Below are positions 27,301-39,771 of a stretch of DNA of 64,000 nucleotides, one piece after another. A model generated the notes under the pieces. The model was not told the origin of the DNA. It was given only the letters and a program-made list of their open reading frames with translations, and did no database searches. Source of the stretch: Octopus sinensis (taxonomy: Eukaryota). Each line of letters begins with the position of its first letter. Position 1 is the stretch's first letter. The position numbers and the translations under genes are program-made. Where the stretch lies: contig NC_043021.1 in the NCBI RefSeq assembly GCF_006345805.1, positions 16,368,001-16,432,000 of the forward strand. The letters are read 5' to 3'.

Positions 27301-28447
27301 TTAGATTGTTCAGAAAAAACTCTCTGATTTTTCAAAAACATTTTTTCAAATTTGATTTAACCCTTTAGCATTCAGATTAATCTGTCAAATGTAAAGCCTG
27401 TTTAATTACATTGTTTTAAATTAATTGTACAGCATCTTGTAACTCTGGGATTTTGATGATGCCCCTGTTTATTTTTAGACTGACTTTGTAGGGTAGGTGT
27501 GAGAGGTCAGAGCTGGCTGGTTTGAGCATAAAACAGGAAGACTATTTTGGCCTGATATGGCCGGTTTAAACACTAAAGGGTTAAGATGTTATTTTTATAG
27601 TGTTTTAGATGAAATTTTACACGCTTAATAACTGATGTGTACTCTTTGATAAAATTTTATTGATTTCTTTCAGAATATAATTTTGAAGAATAGAAATCCT
27701 TAATTTCAAACATAGAAAAAAAAAGAAATGCCTTTACTTTTTTTGCGTAAATTTGAACTTGGACATAATACTTTCCAAACAGTCGATAATATCAACAGAG
27801 CATAAGTTGACGGATCCATTAGTGATTGGGCGGTATGACGGTGGTTTGAGAGATTTCGTGGTGGGGATGAGAGCCTTGAAGATCAAGAAGGTAGAGGACG
27901 TCCGTCCACCCAGGATGATCAGCATTTGAAAACAAAACAACTTTCTGAAATCTACCCAGAGCATTACATCGGAAGTTTACTGTAAACAACTGAAAGAAAT
28001 GCTAGTTCACCTGAGCAAAATAGAGACCTGCACTTGTTAATCGATATGGTCCAATTCTGCTCCATGAAAACACTCGACTACATGTTTCCAGGACGACACT
28101 GCAGAATCTCACAGACTTGAGATACAAGACTTTATCACATCCTCCATATTCTTCTGATCTTTCACCCACTGACTACCAATTTTTCAAGCATCTGGACACA
28201 TTTTAAGGCAAAAAAGAAAAAAACCTTCCGTTCCAAAACCAAGGTCAAAATTGAACCCAAGGATTTCTTAGCATCAAAACCTTTGGATTTTTATAGAAAT
28301 GGCATAAATGACTTTGTTAATCTATGGAAGAAATGCATAGCTGTTCAGGGACCATATTTTGAATAATTAAACCTTTGTCCAAGTCCAGTTTTTCAAGAAT
28401 ATAGGTTTATTTTTAAAATCAGTCATAATTTTCTGAATAACCTAACA
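27301..28447 (+). mobile_element. Decayed, internally deleted mariner element
   Basis: Imperfect TIRs (ttagattgttcagaaaa / ttttctgaataacctaa). HTH piece RWFERFRGGDESLEDQEGRGRP and catalytic piece ILLHENTR..HPPYSSDLSPTDYQFFKHL..WKKCI..G.YFE. Confidence 0.85.
27361..27580. mobile_element. piggyBac-type MITE nested in mariner
   Basis: TTAA target duplication on both sides, CCCTTTAG..CTAAAGGG termini. Confidence 0.82.
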
Positions 28448-29139
28448 GAACAGTCATAGTTCCAAGCACTCTAGTAGCAAAAGGTGTAACCCTTTTTTTT
28501 TTCCGTAAAATAATTTTACCATTATTGGTGGCAGGAACATAAATTAACATGAAATTTTGATGAAAGGTTCCAATTTAGATTGGTTGATATCAAATGTGCT
28601 AACACTTTTATTACCATATTTTTGTCAAAATAAACTATCTTTATTTACATTTGATGGCTATTTGTCCTCATCTTGTTTGTTGTTAATGCAACATTTCGGC
28701 TGATATACCCACAAGCCTTCTTCAGGTGTCTTGGGGAAATTTCAAACCTGGGTTCTCATCCCTAAGGTATTTTTCGATGTTATTATTGTTGTTGTTATTG
28801 TTGTTGTTGTTGTTATTGTTCAGGTCACTGCTTGGTATCAAACTCAGAATCTTGGGGTTAGTCACCTGCGCTCTTAACCACTACACCATATACCTGCAGG
28901 CAATTATAAAGTGAATTTTAGGGTTTATAAATCTAATATTTTTCTATCCTTCCTTAATACCGGTTCCTATATGCTGCTCATATCTGTACTCAGTCTGCTT
29001 AGGAAGTTGTTGTGTCCTAGCATATGTGCTTCTTCTGTTAGTTTTCATATTTTTCCAAATGAGGACAAATATCCGTCAAATGTAGATAATGTACATAATT
29101 CCTCGTCTCTTAAATATAGAACTGTATACTATCTTTGTT

Positions 29140-29322
29140 CCAATTAAATTTGAAAATAATAGAGAATTTCCTAAAACAACCTTATAATTATTAAGCTGAA
29201 ACCTGATGAATAAATTCGCTTAGAATTTTGATGGAAAATGTTAATTTAGATATCATCTTAAAAGGAAGTTCATGTCATAGGACTAAAGGTTGACTCATGT
29301 AGGGTGGGATCAAAAAGGTTAA
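29140..29322. mobile_element. Second TTAA/CCTTT MITE family, starting just after the PIPOX-B stop
   Basis: Minus strand reads TAA-tt-TTAA-CCTTTTTGATCCCACC. Related pieces at ~1850-1960 and ~16300-16585. Left boundary approximate. Confidence 0.55.
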
Positions 29323-29324
29323 AA

Positions 29325-29449
29325 TTACAGTAAGGATCTTCTGGTAAATCTGTCCAGTCGAAAGTGGTTCAAGTCATAAGACGGCGCTTTATTCATAGCC
29401 ATTTCTCCAAGGATTTTCCCTGTCACAGGTGCCAACTTGAAACCATGTC
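29325..29449 (-). CDS. PIPOX: PIPOX paralog B, coding exon 8 (last)
   Basis: 125 bp after ttgcAG. Encodes (G)[40 protein letters not shown] (GHGFK motif). Confidence 0.94.
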
Positions 29450-29461
29450 CTGCAAGTTCAA

Positions 29462-29502
<41 letters not shown>

Positions 29503-30670
29503 TAATAAGGATGATGATGATGATGATGATGATGATTTCAAATTTTGGCACAAGGCCATTGAGTTTGAGGAAGTGTGTAAGTCAATTATATCGGCCCCTA
29601 GTGCTCAACTCGACCCCAAAAAGGATGAAAGGTTAAGCCAACCTCAGGGGAATTTCAACTCAGAATGTAAAGGTGGATGAAATAACACTAAATATTTTGT
29701 CCGACACAATGACAATTCTGCCAGTTCAAATAATAATAATAATAATAAATGCCCTGATGCAGTACCAGGCAGTGGCTCTCATGGCCTAACCGTTAAGTTA
29801 CGGGAATGTAAACACACCAGCATCGATTGCCAAGTGATGTTGACGGGGGGACTAACACAGACACACAAACATATATACATACTAGCAGTATCGCCCGGCG
29901 TTGCTCGGGTTTGTAAGGGAAATAACTATATAAGCATTTTTAGAGAGTTATAGTAAAAAAATAGCAAAAAAATGCATTAAAAATGGAAAAAAATTATGGT
30001 AAATTTTTTTTAAATCGTTGATTCATCGTAGACATTTTTAGAGAGTTACTTCCCTTATATAATAGCGAAAAAATGCATTAAAATGGAAAAAAATGATGGT
30101 AATTTTTTTTAAAATCATAGACTCATCGTAGATGCGCGCTAATACCCAGAAGGGCTTGATATGAATCACGACTATAAGATACCCGGTTTTGGTTAAACTG
30201 CACCGCAAAATGTGGGAGTAGTTAGGAATCTAAATCATAGGAGACAGACACACAACCTCTCTTTTATATATAAAGATATACGACGGGCTTCTTTCAGTTT
30301 CCGTCTACCAAATCCACTAACAAGGCTTTGGTCAGCCCAAGGCTATAGTAGAAGACACTTGCTTGAAGTGCCATGCAGTGGGACTGAACCCGGAACCATG
30401 TGGTTTGTAAGTGATGATTGTTGCAGACATTCCCCTCAGGTATTCTTTTGGTCAACCTGAGACTATAGTACAAGACGCCTGAAATGGGACTAAATCTGAG
30501 ACTCTATGGCTGGGAAGCAATTGTTTGAACCACAGAAGCCCACTTGCTACTCCTATTTTAATATATGTTATCTATGCCTGGCTGATGAAATTTATTAAAA
30601 TTCTCTCTTTTGCTAACAAAAGCAGTTAATAATCTGAAATATTACAAATGTTGAGAAACCAAATATTTAC

Positions 30671-30746
30671 CTGAGAATCCAGCTGCCAAAATGATGTTAC
30701 GATATTTCGGATGTCTATCCAAAACAAACAATTCATCAGGTGTCAT
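30671..30746 (-). CDS. PIPOX: PIPOX paralog B, coding exon 7
   Basis: 76 bp, ttcAG..GTaaat. Encodes [25 protein letters not shown](G). Confidence 0.94.
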
Positions 30747-30768
30747 CTGAAAATATTTAAAAGAAAAA

Positions 30769-30799
<31 letters not shown>

Positions 30800-30904
30800 A
30801 TTGTTATTACCACTTCATTAAACTCGGATGAGAAACATAACGGAGCATTGCTCTAATGTCAAGAACGGAACTACAGCTCCACACTCACACACCAATATTT
30901 TTAA

Positions 30905-31124
30905 CCTTTTAATGTTTAAACCGGCCATATCTGGCCCAAATATTCTACATGTTTTATATTCAAACTGGCCATATCTAGCCTCTCACACCTAACATACATT
31001 GACATTCTAAAAATAAACAATCACATCATTGAAACCTCAAAGCTATAAGATAATGCATGATTAATACAAAACAATTTAAGTGAAAAAGTATTACATTTAA
31101 CAGAGTAATCTGAACACTAAAGGG
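30905..31124. mobile_element. piggyBac-type MITE, same family, opposite orientation, PIPOX-B intron 6
   Basis: TTAA flanks, CC(C)TTT..AAAGGG termini, homologous to 27361-27580. Confidence 0.8.
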
Positions 31125-32029
31125 TTAAGACTACATCCAGAAAAAGATTACTCAACTGACAGGTATAAAGTCACTCACAGACAAGCTCCAGTCCCTGGTC
31201 CAGCACACAGGGGCAATGTCTCTTCTCTCTGCTTTTTCTTACTGCTACTATAACAGCCTCTGCTCCTCAGAGCTGACTGATGTTGTGCTCCATCTCCACT
31301 CAAGCACTGTAGAATCATTCGTCTCTCCTCTTTGTTTCATCACCCATATTGTGTCCCACTCTTCTGATCCTACACTAACCATTACAACCAATCATTTCTC
31401 CCTAGAACCATTATCCCTCTGGAACGACCTCCCTCTTTCTCAAGTCTTTTCTGCTGATATCGACTTGCTGTCTGTTGTGTGGACACCCCCAGACGATGAA
31501 ATAGGCTAGCCCAATATGTAGATATAAAGGGAGAAGCCTAGACATCAAAGGAGCAGGTAGTGATCAGAGTCGAGTTGAGTAGAAGGCATCCGAACGTGCG
31601 ACATAACATGTTTGAATAACATTAACAGCATCCAACTCACTGCCTCAGTGGACCTGCAAAGGCCACAGATGCTGCTCGTTTCTCCAGGTCCAACAAATTG
31701 CAAAATAAACAAATAAATAAACAAAATAGTTAAATAAATGAAACTAGTTCAGTTTTGGTGGAAAAGACCTATGATGAAATGTATTCCAACCATGACCACT
31801 CCATCATATTTCCAGCCACTGCCTAATATCCAAGTCTACATTATCTAAATACGTCCCTTTTTTTGTAAAATGATAAGTTATGATTTGAGAGCTGTTTCGA
31901 TGTGTGCATTTTCCTTCTTACGGCAGGATGCCCTTCTTGTTGTTGATCCTCACCTGTTTCCAAGTAAGATAATATTTTCCCATGGTCAGACGGTGGCACA
32001 TAAGATACCTGTACATCATCTCCAAACCT

Positions 32030-32062
<33 letters not shown>

Positions 32063-32149
32063 CTAGAGTAAGCACATAAATGTGAAACAAGGTGGAAAAA
32101 AGAGTACTCAAATACCAGAGGTAGAGTAATATGCTTTATTTAAATAAAG

Positions 32150-32181
<32 letters not shown>

Positions 32182-32536
32182 ATGGGTTTCTTTGCATTTC
32201 CAATAACCAAATGCACTCACAAGGCTTTGGTCAGCCAAGGGCTATAGTAGGAGGCACTTGTCCAAGGTGTTATGCCTTGAGAATGAACCCAGAACCATGT
32301 GCTCAGGAACCAAGTTTCCTAAACATAGCCTCTCTGATATTAAGTCCATAGTATTAGAATTCCAACTCCAGCAACTCTAAGTGAACGGTACCATTGACAG
32401 ATCAGGATTGGATACCTGCAATGTCTTCAGAAAGCTTTTCACAAAAAAAAAAACCAAAAGAAAGAAAAACTCCAAACACTCATTAGAGAATGAACCAAGC
32501 TTTTGAGATGAGAATTCGAAAGCTTATAAAACTTAC

Positions 32537-32686
32537 GGTATAAAGGCATGTTTCCACAATGCTGGGTTCCGGTTCAAGTCCGGGAAAGGATTCTTCAATC
32601 ACACGTTTGCATTTCTCCAATGTCCAGTCAGAATTAACCTGGTCTCGATGATCTGGTTGCACTTCAGGGCCTTTATGCAAACAGAA
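32537..32686 (-). CDS. PIPOX: PIPOX paralog B, coding exon 6
   Basis: 150 bp, tgcAG..GTaagt. Encodes FCLHKGPEVQPDHRDQVNSDWTLEKCKRVIEESFPGLEPEPSIVETCLYT. Confidence 0.94.
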
Positions 32687-34326
32687 CTGCAAAAATAAAT
32701 ATGCAGAAATACATAAATATAAATGAATGATAGGCACAGGTGTGGCTGTGTGGTTAAAAGGTTTATTTCCCAACTACATGGTTTTGAGTTCAGTTCTACT
32801 ACACGGCATGTTGAAAAACTGTATCATCGCTCTCCACTAGCCTCCCACCTGTGTTCCACCCACACACCCTGTCTCATTGTATCATTGCTCTCCACTAGCC
32901 CCTGATCCGTGTGTTCCATCCACATGTAACAAAAAAAACTTTTCACACATCTTCCCAACGAACCAATCAACATCTCCACATCGCTTCTCTTCCCCACACT
33001 ACAGACCCTCCTTCATACACTATGCCTAGCTCTCACTCCCCAATCCTGTCCTCATGGCCCTGTTCTTCTGTACCATTGCTATCTGATAGTCCACCGACTC
33101 CATATATATATACCCAGGCTTTTGCCACTCACTACACCACCTTCACACTCATTAATCATACTTCCTTCACAATATCCTGCCACTTATATTATGGCATTCG
33201 TACTTCAAGGGCATGCCCTGGCACTTGTCACCATCTGTATCTCTCTTTTCCTTTACTCAACTATCCCATTTATATTCTGATCCCTGTCCCTTGTGAGTAA
33301 GCCCGGCATTTTGTCACCATCTCTGGCATAGGAGTGTCTGTGTGGTAAGTAGCTTGCTAACAAACCACATGTTCTGGGTTCAGTCTCAGTGTGTGGCACC
33401 TTGGGCAAGTGTCTTCTACTATAGCCTCAGGCCAACCAAAGCCTTGTGAGTGGATTTGGTAGACGGAAACTGAAAGAAGCCTGTCATATATATGTATGTA
33501 TATATATGTATATATATATATATGTATGAGTGTGTATATGTTTGTGTGTATGTGTTTGTCCCCATAACTTAGCGCTTTGGCAAAGGAGGCCGATAGAGTA
33601 AGTACTAGGCTTACAAAGAGTAAGTCCTGGGGTCAATTTGGTCGAGTAAAGGCGGTGCTCCAGCATGGCCAGAGTCAAATGACTGAAACAAGTAAAAGAG
33701 TATCTCTATCCTGCTGTCTCCCACTCTCTCTCTCTCTCTCTTTCCTTCTTCTGCAACCCCTTCAGGTTGGGTAACCATGTATTTCCTTTGCAGTAGCACA
33801 CCTGTTTTTATCTTCATTCCTGATCTCTCTCTCTAGCCAGATAACCTCATTCTTCCTCTACAGCAAGACACCTGTTTCTGCCTCTCTGTCTCACTATAAC
33901 CTTTCGTCATCCAACACAAAATAACCTCCTCCAGTGCCTCCACTGCTCTTGAAAATTTTTTTGTTTTTTTGCAGGTATTTGGTGACCCTATCAGTGCAGG
34001 TGCCACTTAAAAGTACCCAGTCCACACTGTACGGTGGTTGGTGTTTGAAAGGGCATCCAGCTGTAAAAACCTTGCCAAAACTGACCTCACCTCTGCTTGT
34101 GCCACGTAAAAAGCTTCTACTTGGCTGGCTCTTGTGAAACTGTCCCACCCATGCCAGCATGGAGGGTGGACCTTAAACAATGATGACCATGAGTAAGCCT
34201 CGCTGATGAGCTTTAAATGTTGGTTCCACACGGAAAACGAAATCAATTGGTACTAGGATGTCTACACTCCTATTTGTATTTTTACAAATAGGAAGACTGT
34301 TTCGGAGATACACACACACACACACA

Positions 34327-34382
<56 letters not shown>

Positions 34383-34437
34383 TATATTTAAAGCTTTCTT
34401 TGCAGCTGAAATAATAACAAACAAAACAATTTTATAC

Positions 34438-34581
34438 CTTCACGAGTCCAGGATATTCTTTCTCAGGAAGTCCATAAAATTCATCATTGCCCTTTGAATA
34501 CAACTTCAAAGGGGCATCAACTGGCTTCTGACCACCTACTACAGGCTTCTGCTTGTAATAACCAACTGTAATTCTCATAAC
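34438..34581 (-). CDS. PIPOX: PIPOX paralog B, coding exon 5
   Basis: 144 bp, tttcAG..GTataa. Encodes VMRITVGYYKQKPVVGGQKPVDAPLKLYSKGNDEFYGLPEKEYPGLVK (YGLP..EYPGLVK motif). Confidence 0.93.
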
Positions 34582-35512
34582 CTGAAACAAATTTTCATTA
34601 GTGGTGAAACTATCCACATTTCCACATATGTGTTTATGAGAACAATGCAACTTTTAACTCAGTGTTTTACACTTGCGTGTATGTATATGTATATATAGGG
34701 AAAGTTTACGAAAAAAACAAAAGACAAAGACAGGTGGTGTACAAAACAAACATATGTATTAGCATAACGCTCAGGAATAGAAAAAGTCTTTTACATTTCG
34801 AGCCTATGCTCTTCAACAGAAAGGGACACAGAAAAAACAAGGAGAGAAAAAAAATGTGTGTAGTGGCTAATGATCTATCATATATACATGTGTATGTGTG
34901 CGTGTGTGTGTGTGTATTCTTTTATTACTTTACTTGTTTCAGTCTGGCCGACTGTGGCTATGCTGGAGCACCCCATTGAAGTGTTTTAGTGAAATTAATT
35001 AACTCCAGGACATGTTTTTTTAAAGCCTAGTACTTATTCTATCGATCCCTTTTGCTGAGCTGCTAAGTTGTGGGGATGTAAACATACCAACACCAGTTGT
35101 TAAGTAGTGATGGGGAGGACAAACACAGACACAAAGACACACACATAAATATATACATACCCACAAGGGGCTACACACAGAGCAGACAAACAAGGACAGA
35201 CAAACAGATTAAGTTGATTACATCGACCCCAGTGCACGCTGGGCGAAATTCTTAGCGATATTTCGCCTGCTGCTATGTTCTGAGTTCAAATTCCGCCGAG
35301 GTCAACTTTGCCTTTCATCCTTTTGGGGTCGATTAAATAAGTACCAGTTACGCACCGGGGTCGATATAATCAACTTAATCCGTTTGTCCTTGTTTGTCCT
35401 CTCTGTGTGTAGCCCCTTGTGGGCAGTAAAGGAAAAAAAAAGGAGAAGAACAATAGTATTAGTAGTTGCTAGGTGTTAGGGGTTTAGAATAATTTGGTAA
35501 GGCTTAACGAAC

Positions 35513-35695
35513 CTTTAAAGGGAATTCAATTCCAAGTTGTTGAAAATAAGATTTGGCCCAAGGGCCAAGGCATAGAACTACATTTCGTCCCTGGAAGGTA
35601 CCTTTTGATGTCTTTAGTTGGTTGGTTTGACCAGGTATGATAGAAAATACTTGGGCTTCATCAATCAATGTACCACCATTTTTCACAAACTGATC
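35513..35695 (-). CDS. PIPOX: PIPOX paralog B, coding exon 4
   Basis: 183 bp, tacAG..GTtcgt. Encodes DQFVKNGGTLIDEAQVFSIIPGQTNQLKTSKGTFQGRNVVLCLGPWAKSYFQQLGIEFPLK. Confidence 0.94.
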
Positions 35696-35988
35696 CTGTA
35701 CAAATAAAAAATTAAAAAATTTCCATTTTAAAATTATTTAAAATCTTTGATTAATTCTTTGTTTTGCTTATTATTGTTCAGGTGACAAGCTGGCAGAATC
35801 ATTAGTATGCCAGACAAAATGCTTAGCCAAATTCTGTCTGTCTTTACATTCTAGCTTTGGATTCCATTGGTTAACTTTGACACTTACCCTTTTGGGGTTG
35901 ATGAAATAATTACCTGTTATGTACAAGGATCAATATAATCAACTTGCCTTTCCCTCAAAAACTTTGGTCTTGTGTCAAAATCTGAATC

Positions 35989-36019
<31 letters not shown>

Positions 36020-36023
36020 TTTA

Positions 36024-36863
36024 CTAGCAGTATAGCCCGGCGTTGCTCGGGTTTGTTTTCTTTTCGACCCTTTAGAATTGGAATTTATGAAAAGTAAAAA
36101 ATTTTGCATTGTGTAGCTTGTTATTCTCTTTAAGTGAGCATCTTTCTGGTTGAAATACACTGAAAAATGGCGACACAGCAGTAAAAAAATCGTAAAAAAA
36201 TAGGGTTTTTCATAGAAAAAAAGCACCTTTTTGATGTAAATAATTTTTGGTCTTCATATAGTCTGATTTGAATTTTTTTCTTCTATGGAACGAAGAGCAA
36301 GCCTTCTTCTATCATACTTTTAATTTTGGTCAACTTGCGCTACAGGGTCTTGGAGGAGATAGTGTTAGTTGAAGGCTACCAAACCTGCTACACACACACA
36401 CACAGACAACTTCAGCTTTATATATATAGATTATTATTATTATTATTATTATTTTTACTAGCAGTATAGCCCGGCGTTGCTCGGGTTTGTTTTCTTTTCG
36501 ACCCTTTAGAATTGGAATTTATGAAAAGTAAAAAATTTTGCATTGTGTAGCTTGTTATTCTCTTTAAGTGAGCATCTTTCTGGTTGAAATACACTGAAAA
36601 ATGGCGACACAGCAGTCAAAAAATCGTAAAAAAATAGGGTTTTTCATAGAAAAAAAGCACCTTTTTGATGTAAATAATTTTTGGTCTTCATATAGTCTGA
36701 TTTGAATTTTTTTCTTCTATGGAACGAAGAGCAAGCCTTCTTCTATCATACTTTTAATTTTGGTCAACTTGCGCTACAGGGTCTTGGAGGAGATAGTGTT
36801 AGTTGAAGGCTACCAAACCTGCTACACACACACACACAGACAACTTCAGCTTTATATATATAG

Positions 36864-36864
<1 letters not shown>
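36024..36864 (-). mobile_element. Two head-to-tail 407-bp Helitron copies
   Basis: 36024-36430 and 36458-36864 are near-identical, share the family termini and are separated by (TTA)n. Confidence 0.82.
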
Positions 36865-36896
<32 letters not shown>

Positions 36897-37234
36897 AATA
36901 ATATTTATTGGACTGATGTTACCCCTCCAGAAAATAAAGGAACAATAAAGAAGAGATACATATATCATCAGCCCCCAAGGGACATGCTCAACTGGTTTAG
37001 GTCAAGCAACCGACAAACAAATCTGTGTTATTGAGCAGAATATTTGCTGGGGCCCATCTTTTCCAATCAGTTCAGATCAGAAGCCATGGTAGCCACTGCC
37101 TGGTACTGCATTATTATTTTCATAATTTCCTTTTCTTTTTTCCATTTTAGCTTTCTCCATTTCTCTTAGATGATAAAGAGTGATTTGAGGGAGATTTTGC
37201 TACTATTTGTGGCTGGTCCAAGTGATCCACTAAT

Positions 37235-38500
37235 TACCACCATCACTAACCTCACCACCAACACTGCTGCTGCTACCGCTACCAACACCACCAGCAGCAT
37301 CACCACCACCACCACTAGCAACACTACCACCAGCAACACCACCACTACCACCACCAGCAATACCACCACCACCTCCAGCAACACCACCACTACCACCACC
37401 ACCACCACCTTCAGCAACACCAGCAACGCTACCACCAGCAATACCACCACCACTACCACCACCAGCAACACCACCACCACCACCACCACCACCACCACCA
37501 CCACCACCAGCAACACCACCACTACTACCACCACCACCACCACCACCACCTCCAGCAACACCAGCAACATTATCACCAGCAATACCACCACCACCACCAC
37601 CAGCAACACACCACTACCACCAACACTCACTCCAGCCAACACTACCACAGCAATACCACCACACCAAACACACCTCCAACCAGCAACAACCATCACCACC
37701 ACCACCACCACACCAGCAACTACCACCAGCAACACCACCACTACCACCACACACCTCCAGCAACACTACCACTAGCATACCACCACCACCAACACCACCT
37801 CCAGCAACATCACCACCACCACCACCACCACCAGCAACACTACCACCAGCAACACCACACCCTTTACCACCCACCATCCAGCAAACCCATACCACTACTA
37901 CCACCACCACCACACCACCTCCACACCATCACCACCACCACCACACCACCAGCAACACTACCACCAGCAACACCACCACTACCACCACCACCACCTCCAG
38001 CAACACTACCACTAGCAATACCACCACCACCAACACCACCTCCAGCAACATCACCACCACCACCACCACCACCAGCAACACTACCACCAGCAACACCACC
38101 ACTACACCACCACCACCACCACCACAACATTACCACAGCAATACCACCACCACACCACCACCACACCTCAGCAACATACCACCAGCATACCACCACCACC
38201 ACACCACCACCACCACCACACCCCAGCAACACCACACCTCCAGCAAAACCAGCACCACCAGCACCACCACCTCCAGCAACACCAGCACCACCAGCACCAC
38301 CACCACCACCGCCACCACCACCACCACCACCAGCAACATTACCACCAGCAATACACCACCACCCCCACCACCACCTCCAGCAACATTACCACCAGCAATA
38401 CCACCACCACCACCACCACCACTCAGCAACAAACACCACCCCACCACTGCCACCACCACCACCACCTCAGCAACACCACCACCTCCGCAACACCAGCACC

Positions 38501-38531
<31 letters not shown>

Positions 38532-39530
38532 CCACCACACCTCCAGCAACACAGCAGCATCACCACACCACCACCACCACCACCTCCAGCAACATTACCA
38601 CCAGCAATACCACCACCACACCACCAACACCACCACCACCACCACCTCCAGCACAACATGACCACCACACCACCACACACCACCACCACCACACCACCAC
38701 CACCACCACCACCACCACCTCAGCAACACCACCACCTCCAGCACACCAGACCCCCACCACCACCACCACCACTGCCACCACCACCACCACCACCTCCGGC
38801 AACATTACACCAGCAATACCACCACCACCACCACCACCACCACCACCTCCAGCAAACAGCAGCATCACCACCACCACCACCACCACACCACCACCACCAC
38901 CACCACCTCCAGCAACATTACCACAGCAATACCACCACCACCACCACCACCACCTCCAGCAACATACCACCAGCAATACCACCACCACCACCACCACCAC
39001 CTCCAGCAACAACACCACCACCACCACCACCACCCCCCACCACCACCACCACCACCACCACCTCCAGCAACACCACCACCTCCAGCAACACCAGCACCAC
39101 CACCACCAACACCTCCAGCAACACCAGCACACCACCACCACCACCACCACTGCCACCACCACCACCACCTCCAGCAACACCGCAGCATCACCACCCCCCA
39201 CCACAACACACACCTCCAGCAACATTACCACAGCATACCACCACCACCACCACCACCACCACCTCCAGCAACACCAGCAGCAGCACACCACCACCACACT
39301 GCCACCACCACCACCACCACTCGGCAACATTACCACCAGCAATACCACCACCACCACCACTACCACCCCAGCAACATTACCACAGCAATACCACCACCAC
39401 CACCCCACCACCTCCAGCAACATTACCACCAGCAATACCACCACCACCACCACCACCACCACCACCACCTCCAGCAACACCAGCAGCATCACCACCACCA
39501 CCACCACCACCACCACCACCACTGCCATCA
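37235..39530. repeat. ~2.3-kb cryptic ACC/AGC/AAC trinucleotide low-complexity tract
   Basis: Continuous (CAC/ACC)-rich repeat with ccagcaac subunits, starting ~30 nt into PIPOX-B intron 3. Confidence 0.95.
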
Positions 39531-39560
39531 TAGCAACAAAACAAAAAGTAAACTACCTAC

Positions 39561-39771
39561 TTGAAATGTGGACAAAGCTTTATCTGCCTGAAGAATTCCT
39601 CCAGCAGGGTCCAAGATAGCTTTGGATCCTGCTGTAAGTTTGATGTTAAACTCGTTAATCAATCTTTCATTAGACACATCTTCATAGGCCATATTACAGG
39701 TGGAGAGGGTTTCTTTCACTCTGTCAGTATAACTGTTTTGTTTGTCGCACATCACAAGTAATTTTCTTTTC
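39561..39771 (-). CDS. PIPOX: PIPOX paralog B, coding exon 3
   Basis: 211 bp, cttAG..GTaggt. Encodes KRKLLVMCDKQNSYTDRVKETL...ILDPAGGILQADKALSTFQ. Confidence 0.93.

Noticed and set aside
31216-33300. Possible PLE coding remnants at 31216-31509 and 32911-33300
   Set aside because: Only vague resemblance with no intact diagnostic motif. Needs an HMM search.
34775-34830. Hammerhead-like TTGAAGAGC..GCTCGAAATGTA on the minus strand
   Set aside because: The core cannot be read as CUGAnGA with a flush stem I. Not supportable by eye.
37166-39533. Long Thr/Pro/Val/Gly-rich ORFs, including a mucin-like 201-aa ORF at 37170 preceded by a pyrimidine tract and AG
   Set aside because: They are trinucleotide repeats lacking stops in several frames on both strands. 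The apparent N-terminus is the ctgctagaaatagcag-type repeat also found in paralog A intron 3. There is no non-repetitive coding context.
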